DNA of 64,000 nucleotides from an uncultured Gammaproteobacteria bacterium (GTDB lineage Bacteria; Pseudomonadota; Gammaproteobacteria; Berkiellales; Berkiellaceae): NCBI GenBank assembly GCA_963803015.1, contig CAWDKV010000011.1, positions 675,021 to 739,020 of the forward strand, read 5' to 3'. Shown piece by piece: positions 22,503 to 31,200 of this stretch (position 1 is its first letter; each line of letters starts with the position of its first letter). The notes under the pieces were generated by a model. It saw only the letters and a program-made list of their open reading frames with translations, ran no database searches and was not told where the DNA came from. The position numbers and the translations under genes were made by a program.

Positions 22503-24599
22503 ATGACTGCGATCATTAACTTATTCACCATTGCGCAGCTTGAAGAACCCATGTTCTCTCTTGAAGGCCTTTTTACGCCCATATTACCTCAAAAAGAGTT
22601 TGTTGCACCTTTCTTGTTAGAAGAGGCCACTAACCCCGCTTTATTTCAAGAAGAGTTTATTTGTCCTCTCTTGTTAGAAGAGGTCATTTCTAAAGAAGAA
22701 TCAATTTTTTCTGTAGAAGATGAGGGTAAAGAAGAAGAGCTTAATATTTTTCAAATACTGCAAGAAATGTATGAAGCGCCCCCAGAAGCGGGAGGAACCG
22801 GTCTTCACAGTGGCTCTTCACATCCAGTCATAACCAAACACAACCCTTTTCCTATGCATTTTGCGGCAGGCCAAGGCAATCTGGCTGAAATGAAAAAGCT
22901 TTTACGAGCAGGTGTTAATGTCAATGCTGAAGATGCCCGTAGTGCAACCGCCTTAGTTGTTGCTACCATTTTTGGTAAAAAAGAAGCCGTCAATCTTTTA
23001 CTCAAAGCAGGCGCTATGGTCAATGATAAATGTTATGAAGGCCAGACTGCTCTCCATATTGCTCTCGACAGAAAACAATATGACATTGCCAGAACCCTAG
23101 TACAAGAAGGCGCCGATCCTAAACTTAAAACTTGGAAAGATCTCAGCGCCACAACCATCGCGTTTTCTCAGCTTGAAAAAGCCATTACCGCACACAATTT
23201 ACAAAAAGATTCTCGCGAGTTGCAAAATGAAGTAAATGAGATTGTTAGCACCCTTGAGACTTTTGCTCAAAAGAGCAAACAGATTTATTTACACCTACAA
23301 AATGCTGCACAAGACGCTTATCAGATCCCACTCAGTGTCGCTTTAAAAACTGCAGCTAGTAACACTGCAAGCACAGAGATCAAAGAAAGAATCTTGAAAA
23401 TATCTGATACCATTGCTGAGACTGATCCGCTACAAGAAGGATATGTACAAGCTAAAAATTTACTCTCCAGCTTTCCCACAGGAAAAACTTACACTATTGG
23501 CAAAATTAAATTGGATGGCGGTGAGCCCTTTAAAATTATGGCTGATGGCCACTATAAGCATTACACTACCCCTTTAGCCAAAAATTCTCTTGATGCTTTT
23601 GTAAGTAAATTAGACGCCAGTCAAGCTGATGAAACTAAACTGCAATTATTTACCAAAGTACGTGACATTTTTGACAATGCAAGCAAATTTGCAAACAACT
23701 CTGCCGATCCAACTGTGGCAGAAGAAGCATTTGAGCTTTATCAAAGCGGAGCAACAGTTTTACTTCCTTCCATATGTGATAAACACTTTATTAATGTTAT
23801 CGTTTCTAAAACACAAAGCCTCTTAGCCATTGCCAATACGGGTGATCGCTATGCTTTAGACACGCCAGGCATCATGTTACATGACATCTATAACGACAAC
23901 ACGATTAATTCTGCATTCATGAACAAAGTCTTAACCAACAAAGACAGAATGTTTATGGACTTTTACATGCAATATGAGTTTGGTCCAATTTTAAAGTTAA
24001 ATACCCTTAACATGCCGAATCAACAGTTTGGCAACTGTACTTGGGAGAGCCATCGTAACGCCGTAAAAGGGATATTGTATATTGAACTACTGAATGAAGG
24101 CTTCTCTGCTGCAGTAGCAGAAAAACAAGCTCATACGTATTTTAAAGAATGGGACAACTTCCATAGCCAATATATGTTAGAAGATTATTTGTCTCATTCC
24201 CAAATTTTACCTGCTAGTGCATTGGGTGATGTCTACCTCAGCATTCAAAAGAAGAAAAGTAAAGGCGAGTTTACCGAGACGGATGCTTCTAATGCAAAAT
24301 TACTGATGAAGGCGCTGACTTCAACTGTCCATCAAGCTGAATTTAAAGCATGGAAAAAATCTTTACCACAAACTGATGTCAAAATTGTGAATGCTGATAC
24401 CGATTCCCATATCGATGCCTCAACCGTATACAGTGGAAATCATACCCCTTATTTTAACCCTCTTAAATTTTTGAGCAATCTCTTTGTAGCGGGTCCCTCT
24501 GGCGGCTCTCTTCATAAGTTTGCCGCCGATTCTCCTCTTTTGCATACAGCACATCAAGAGCCGCTTGTTGTGGAGCATCAAGAACCGGCACAATTTTAA
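22503..24599 (+). CDS. Ankyrin-repeat protein with a C-terminal Ulp1/CE-clan-like His..Asp..QQxGNC signature
   Basis: 698 aa; the start is uncertain (M1 or M17, no clear SD). ANK repeats read PMHFAAGQGNLAEMKKLLRAGVNVN, TALVVATIFGKKEAVNLLLKAGAMVN and TALHIALDRKQYDIARTLVQEGADP. Downstream are LLPSICDKHFINVIVSK (His codon 23784..23786) and MPNQQFGNCTW (Cys codon 24036..24038). Confidence 0.65.
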   Translation: MTAIINLFTIAQLEEPMFSLEGLFTPILPQKEFVAPFLLEEATNPALFQEEFICPLLLEEVISKEESIFSVEDEGKEEELNIFQILQEMYEAPPEAGGTGLHSGSSHPVITKHNPFPMHFAAGQGNLAEMKKLLRAGVNVNAEDARSATALVVATIFGKKEAVNLLLKAGAMVNDKCYEGQTALHIALDRKQYDIARTLVQEGADPKLKTWKDLSATTIAFSQLEKAITAHNLQKDSRELQNEVNEIVSTLETFAQKSKQIYLHLQNAAQDAYQIPLSVALKTAASNTASTEIKERILKISDTIAETDPLQEGYVQAKNLLSSFPTGKTYTIGKIKLDGGEPFKIMADGHYKHYTTPLAKNSLDAFVSKLDASQADETKLQLFTKVRDIFDNASKFANNSADPTVAEEAFELYQSGATVLLPSICDKHFINVIVSKTQSLLAIANTGDRYALDTPGIMLHDIYNDNTINSAFMNKVLTNKDRMFMDFYMQYEFGPILKLNTLNMPNQQFGNCTWESHRNAVKGILYIELLNEGFSAAVAEKQAHTYFKEWDNFHSQYMLEDYLSHSQILPASALGDVYLSIQKKKSKGEFTETDASNAKLLMKALTSTVHQAEFKAWKKSLPQTDVKIVNADTDSHIDASTVYSGNHTPYFNPLKFLSNLFVAGPSGGSLHKFAADSPLLHTAHQEPLVVEHQEPAQF

Positions 24600-24773
24600 T
24601 TACCCTCCGCACCAATAATAGAACTTCTCTTGTTCTGCCTGATGAAGAATCGACACAAAATTATTATTATTTCTTTGAAAGAATGAAAAATTGGTAGAGG
24701 GGATCGGAAAGTGCCACCTAACAACATGATCTTTCTCTCACATACTACGTAAAAAACTAGTGCGTTTGCTCTT

Positions 24774-27172
24774 CTATCCCTTCCCTTGCTCCTTCGCTAA
24801 AAACAACCAGGTCTCCAGTACGGTATCTGGATTTAATGAAACACTATCAATTCCTTTTGTCATCAACCATTTGGCTAAATCGGGATGATCAGAAGGGCCT
24901 TGACCGCAGATCCCAATATATTTATTTTGATCTTTACAAGCTGTAATAGCGCGATCCATTAACCACTTTACCGCTTCATTTCGCTCATCAAACTGCCCTG
25001 CCACAATCCCCGAATCTCTATCTAAGCCTAAGGTTAACTGGGTTAAATCATTCGATCCAATTGAAAAGCCATCAAAAAGAGCAATAAATTGATCTGCTAG
25101 CACAGCATTAGAAGGGAGTTCACACATCATAATCACTTTTAGGCCGTTTTCGCCGCGTTTGAGGCCAAATTCTTCCATTGTACTGAGCACCGCTTTTGCC
25201 TCATCCAAAGTGCGCACAAAGGGGATCATCACTTCAACATTAGTTAAGCCCATCGTGTTGCGAACGTACTTGATTGCTTCACATTCAAGAGCAAAACAAG
25301 GCTTGAAGCTTTTTTCAATATACCGCGCCGCGCCACGAAACCCTATCATCGGATTTTCTTCTACCGGCTCAAATTGTTTTCCACCGAGTAAATTAGCATA
25401 TTCATTGGATTTAAAATCAGAAAAACGCACAATCACTCTATTTGGGAGAAAAAGCCGCACCCAAAGTCGCTATCCCTTCACTTAGTTTTTTAACATAAAA
25501 TTCTTTTGGACTAGCATAACCTGCTGAGCGCAATAATATTTTTTCTTTCACATTTTCAGGCAAGGTGTCAAAAGCTAAACACGCATTGGGATGAATACCA
25601 ATCATTTGGCTGATAATAAATTCAATACGTGCAAGACCAATCCCTGCATTTGGCAACGCTTGAAAATCAAATGCACGCTCAGGATTAGCCACATTCATCA
25701 TAATTTTAAAAGGTAAAGGTGGCATGTTCCCAAGTTCAATAGTCTTAATAGCAAAAGGTAATTTGCCTTCATAGACAAAACCAGTATCACCCTCTGCACA
25801 ACTCACTGTTACTTCTTGGCCATCTTTGATTAGTCTTGTGGCATGATGTGCATCCCACAACTGCGGGGATCCCGAGTTCTCTCGCAATTATCGCCGCATG
25901 ACAGGTGCGGCCACCACGATTGGTCACAATAGCGCTAGAACGTTTCATCACTGGCTCCCAATCCGGATCTGTCATATCAGTCACTAAAACATCCCCGGGT
26001 TGCACTTTATCCATTTCATCGGTGCTTTTAATCACTCTGACAACACCGGCGCCAATCCTTTGACCAATACTTCTTCCTTCAGCCAACACTTTGCCCGACT
26101 TCTCCAGGTGATAACGTTCAATAATTTTGGCATTGGCGTGTGCTTTAACTGTTTCTGGCCTGGCTTGCACGATATAGATCTGTTGATTGATGCCATCTTT
26201 AGCCCATTCAATATCCATGGGGCGTCCATAATGCTTCTCAATAATTAATGCCTGTTTTGCTAATTCTTCTATTTCTGCATCCGTTAAGGAATACTGTAAT
26301 TGTTCTGAAAGTGACACTTCCACTTTTTCAACAGCAGAATGATTGCCAACGGCAACACTTTCTTCTGCATAAACCATTTTGATCTGTTTGTCGCCACGAT
26401 TTTTGCGCAAAATGGCAGGCTTGCCACTCTCTAGAGTAGGCTTATGCACATAGAATTCATCTGGATTCACGGCACCTTGCACGACCATCTCTCCTAAACC
26501 ATATGCAGAGGTGATAAAAACAACTTGCGGAAAGCCTGACTCTGTATCTAAAGTAAACATCACACCACTTGAAGCTAAATCACTACGGATCATTTTTTGG
26601 ATCCCAACGGATAAAGCCACATGTTCATGCGCATAACCGCGATGCACTCTATAGGCGATGGCTCGGTCATTAAAAAGAGAAGCAAAAACATGCTTTAAAG
26701 CAGTCAGAATATTATCTATGCCCCGAACATTGAGAAACGTCTCTTGCTGACCCGCAAAGGAGGAATCTGGCAAGTCTTCTGCTGTCGCAGAAGATCGCAC
26801 TGCCACAGCGGGCGCGGGATCGTTCTCATCGCCTAATTGGTAATAAAATTGCTCGATTGCTTTAATAAGCCCAGCTTGTAAAGGGGTTTCCAGAATAGCG
26901 GTTCGGATCTGGTCTCCTGCTTTTTTGAGTTGCGAGACATCATCCACATCTAAGTTATCTAATATGCGATAAATTTTGGCAGCAAGATCTTCTTGCTTTA
27001 AAAAGGCGCGAAAAGCGCTCGCAGTGGTTGCAAATCCACCTGGCACTTTGACGCCAGCATGGTGTAAATGAGAAATCATTTCCCCAAGAGAAGCATTTTT
27101 CCCCCCAACGATATCTATATCTTTGATACTTAACTTGCTAAATGGAATTACATAACTGTCTACTGATGACAT
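24774..27172 (-). pseudogene. ppsA: Phosphoenolpyruvate synthase gene disrupted by two +1 frameshifts
   Basis: Three consecutive track ORFs (25787..27172, 25438..25887, 24774..25460) together give a colinear PpsA. The first break falls at ...[18 protein letters not shown] / [28 protein letters not shown]. The second falls at ...[12 protein letters not shown] / [20 protein letters not shown]. The extra bases are near plus coordinates 25849 and 25440. Removing both restores about 798 codons. Confidence 0.85.
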
Positions 27173-27234
27173 CTTGCCTCCAAGCTGGCATGCTAGCCTT
27201 TTGGTTGATGGATTTACTACAGAAGGGATAAACC

Positions 27235-28056
27235 ATGCTACGTCGCACCGTGTTTTTTCTTTCAGACAGAACTGGGATCACTGCAGAAACATTAGGACTA
27301 AGCTTAATCTCCCAGTTTGAAGACATTCAATTTACACCTGTGACCTTACCCTATGTCGATTCTACCGAAAAAGCGACTGCCGCCACAAATACAATTAACA
27401 CAGCAGCCCGAATTGATGGCAGCAAGCCCTTGGTCTTTGCCACATTGGTTAATCCAGAAATTCGAGCCATCTTACAAACTAGCGACTCCTACTACTTAGA
27501 TTTTTTTCAAAGTTTTATTCCAGGCTTAGAAGAAGAGCTTAATGTTTTCTCGGCCAATGCTATGGGACGCAGCCATGGTGTAGGAAACAACAACAGTTAC
27601 AATTCCCGAATAGAAGCTGTTAACTTTGCGCTGAATTTTGATGATGGCGCCAGAACCTCTGGCTATGAATCCGCCGATGTAATTTTAGTCGGCGCCTCAC
27701 GCTGTGGAAAAACACCCACTAGTCTTTATCTCGCGATGCAGTTTGGGATAAGAGCGGCTAATTATCCTATTACTGAAGAAGATCTGGAAATGCCGACACT
27801 GCCCAAAATGCTACGCTCTTTTAAAACAAAATTATTTGGCTTAACTATCGATCCAAAAAGATTGCATGCCATTCGCACTAGCCGTAAACCAGATAGCAAC
27901 TATGCTACCTTGGAGCAGTGTGAGCGAGAAATTACAGCGATAGAGAATATTTTTAAACAGGAGAATATTCCCTATTTAAGCTCGACTAATCTTTCTATTG
28001 AAGAGCTGGCGACACGTTTGATGGTCATTTCTGGTATACAACGCAAGCTCCGATAG
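27235..28056 (+). CDS. ppsR: PEP synthase regulatory protein (bifunctional kinase/pyrophosphorylase, DUF299)
   Basis: 273 aa. [18 protein letters not shown] and a P-loop-like [15 protein letters not shown] are present. It is divergent from ppsA, as in other gamma-proteobacteria. Confidence 0.9.
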   Translation: MLRRTVFFLSDRTGITAETLGLSLISQFEDIQFTPVTLPYVDSTEKATAATNTINTAARIDGSKPLVFATLVNPEIRAILQTSDSYYLDFFQSFIPGLEEELNVFSANAMGRSHGVGNNNSYNSRIEAVNFALNFDDGARTSGYESADVILVGASRCGKTPTSLYLAMQFGIRAANYPITEEDLEMPTLPKMLRSFKTKLFGLTIDPKRLHAIRTSRKPDSNYATLEQCEREITAIENIFKQENIPYLSSTNLSIEELATRLMVISGIQRKLR

Positions 28057-28059
28057 ACC

Positions 28060-28085
28060 TATCTTAAATACTTATCTTAAATACT
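28060..28085 (+). promoter_or_regulatory. Perfect 13-bp tandem direct repeat TATCTTAAATACT x2 upstream of the Pro-rich operon; a candidate response-regulator site
   Basis: The copies lie at 28060..28072 and 28073..28085, followed by a partial TA. Candidate -10 hexamers are TACACT (28106..28111) and TATAGT (28115..28120). There is no good -35. Confidence 0.35.
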
Positions 28086-28225
28086 TACCTCTCAACTCGT
28101 GATTCTACACTCACTATAGTTATTGTTTAATTCATCTTCATGGAACTTGTCTCTTTCTTATCTAGTCTTACTGTTAAAACGATAGTCTTATAGTGGTCTT
28201 TGCGATTATTAAGAGGATTTTCTTT

Positions 28226-31200
28226 ATGCCAAAAGACGAAGAAAATAAAGCACCAGAAGTTGATCAATGGGGTGATCCGATCATACCAGCAAGTAAGACG
28301 GGAACACCCGACAGTAAAGATAGTGAAAAACTTACTCCAGAACAAATGCGGAATGCCCTGAAAGGAGGCTTCCAGCAAGCATTAGGGAATAAAGGTGTAG
28401 CTGAAATTAAAAAAACGGATGCTGCAAAGGAAATCATGCAAGATCAAAAAGGACTTTCAGTACAAGAACGAATAAAACTAGCAGAAGAAGAAAAAAAGAG
28501 AAAAGCTGAAGAAGCTAAAGCTGCTGAAGCAGCTGCAGCAAATGCGGAAACAGCTGCACAAGTCACCACCTCATCATTCTCCGCGTCAAGTGCTCCGCCA
28601 CCACCACCTCCTCCCGGAAAAGCGCCACCTCCACCTCCTCCTCCCGGAAAAGGAAAAGGAGCATTTCCAAAGGCCCCAGCCGCAGCTTCTGCTCCTGTAG
28701 TTGAGGCAACTGCTAAACCAGCCTCTCCTATCGCTTCTGCCTCTGATGCTGCTGCAGGTGGACCAGAACAACTAACAGACAAAGCAAAACTAGCTGCGTC
28801 TATCGCTGCAGGATTGCAAAAGAAAAATATAAGAGCTGCTGTAGCTGATGATGAAAATGAAAATGATCAAGACGAAAAAAATGATCAAGACGAAATTTGG
28901 GAGGACGATGCTCCTGCTATCGCAAAAGGGAAAGCTGCAGCCGCTCCGCCTTCCCCTCCTGTTGCAGCTGCATCAGCAGAACCAACCGCCGCACCAGCAG
29001 CACAACCAGCTGCAGCACTAGCAGAACCAGATACACCACCAGCAGCATCTTCTTTTTATACTCTAAGCGAAGATGAGCTGCCCCCTGCGGATACCTATCA
29101 ACCCATTGCAGAACCCACAAACATTTTATCTCGTCAACAAATAGAGAAATTAGACGAATTCATTTCTACAGAAGAATCCTCGCGGAATGGATCTTTTACA
29201 AATGAAATTATTACCCAATTCACAGAAGTAATCGATGAAGAAATTAAACGAGGAAAATTCAATTCATCTCAAAGAGAGAAATTAGAGAATCTTCGCACAC
29301 TTGTGAAGCATGCAGAAAATTTGAACGAAAGCTCAAAAAAAGTTGAATCTGCATTAAAAGAATATGCAACTTCACCGGGCAACGTAAAAAATCAAACTGA
29401 ATTAAGTCAAGCATTAGAAGCTCACTATCAAAACTTAGAAACATATACAACAGTGTATAATAAATGCCTATATCCAATAGGTGGCTTGCAAACAGATAGT
29501 AATTTTTCGGCATTGTTTGACAAGCTAAATTCTATTTCAACCTCCCTTCCAGCACCGATAAATTTTACTACGGGACAAGCCGGCAAACCATTAAATTTCG
29601 AAACTCGCGCTATGGCCCCGATACAAAGAGGTCCTAGATACTCATTACTGTTAAATGAACTCATTACGCTCTCTCCTGAAAATCTTGTTCAAAAGCAATT
29701 CTTAACTGACTTAGTTACAGCAAACCAACAGTCAAATATCAGAATGAATTCATCCACTTTAATCAACCCAGCGGCAGAAGTGGAAAAGAAAGCAAAAGCA
29801 GAAAAGAAAGCAAAGGTCAAAGTAGAAAAGACAGCTAAAACAGCAACATCCACCTCGTTTTTTGGCAACATTGTTGAAACCGTTGGAACAACGTTGGGGA
29901 TTTTGCCAGCAAAGTCAGGTATAGCAAAAACAGAGGCAACAGCAACTTCTTTACCTGTAACAGAGAGTACGGCAAGAGCAGCTTCCGCACCACCAGCATT
30001 AGTAACACCTCCAGTTCCACCGCCACCAGCTGAAGCAATGCCAAGTATAGATCTTACGGAAAATGAACCGTTAACTGATGAAAGTGAGCCGGAACCTGCA
30101 GTGGGTTCTGACACAGAATCTGACATAGAAGATGAAGGGTCTGATATAGAAGAAGAAGCAGAACAGGCAACTCCTTCAGCTACAGATGAAGTTAAAGCAC
30201 CTCGGCCTCCACTACGATCATCATACACAGCGCCGCTTCCGCCGCTGTCAGCACAATCACCAGGCGCAAAAAGCTCAGCTGCGGCATCTTCAGGAGCACC
30301 ACCTGCAGCAGCCACGACGGCTGGTACTGCCGCAGCAAAATCAGATCCGCCTCCTCCTCCGCCACGATCAAAGTTACTAGCGACAGCAACAACAGCTGCA
30401 ACAACAGCTGCAACAACAGCTGCAACAACAGCTGCAACAACAGCTGCAACAACAGCTGCAGCAACACCTGCAGCAACAACACCTGCTGCAACAACACCTG
30501 CTGCAACAACACCTGCTGCAACAACACCTGCAGCAACAACATCTGCAGCAGCAACACCAATAGCCAAAACGCCGCCTGGTGACAAGTCATCAACACCTGT
30601 CGATACATCACGAGAAGAAGCTGAAAACATCTTAAAAGAACATATTGAAAATTGGCCTCAAGTAAAAGGTAGTGGTGGTGAAGAGCTAGGTGAGCAATTC
30701 GTTGCTCTTGTTGCACTTGCGCTAAAAGCACTCTCTTTAGGGGGAACTGTCGCTGATATTAAATTTGGGAAACTGTTCAATGATAAATCAGATGAATTAA
30801 AAAATCTGAATAAAGAGAAAATAAAGCTTCAAGGAGACATAAGAACATTAGAGAATCAGCTTGGGCAAGCAACACCAGGCAGCCCAGAGGCTCAAAGATT
30901 AACAACAGAATTAACGACGAAAAGAGGGGAGCTTTCTCAAGTTGAGGCAAGAATTGCTAGTAGCGCAAATGGAACATTTGAAGCTGGAAGACAAGATTTG
31001 CATGCCCAAGTCACTTCAGCTGGGCAAGATGCTGCAGAAATGGAATCAGCAATCTTTACTGCTGCGCCACCGCCTCCTCCTCCACGAGCTCCCGCAGCAA
31101 CTGACCCAACAATAGCGGGGACTAAAGTGGCAGCGGCTCCTCCACCTCCAGCAGCGGCTATACCTGCAGCTACCCAATTGAAAGCACCGCCGCCTCCTCC

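Noticed and set aside
24774-27172. Programmed ribosomal frameshifting or a split functional PpsA.
   Set aside because: There are two separate +1 events with no slippery heptamer or stimulatory structure at either site. The breaks fall inside conserved domains, which fits decay better than recoding. Sequencing error is not fully excluded.
28193-28225. GTG 28193 as the start of the large Pro-rich gene (the ORF-track start).
   Set aside because: ATG 28226 is preceded by AAGAGGA at optimal spacing. The extra 11 codons (VFAIIKRIFF) have no SD and look like read-through of the leader.
30389-30547. The repeat tract was considered as a possible CRISPR array or minisatellite outside genes.
   Set aside because: The units are 12 and 15 bp, contiguous with no spacers. 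They are in frame within a long ORF and encode TTAA/ATTPA peptide repeats. No cas genes are present in the window.
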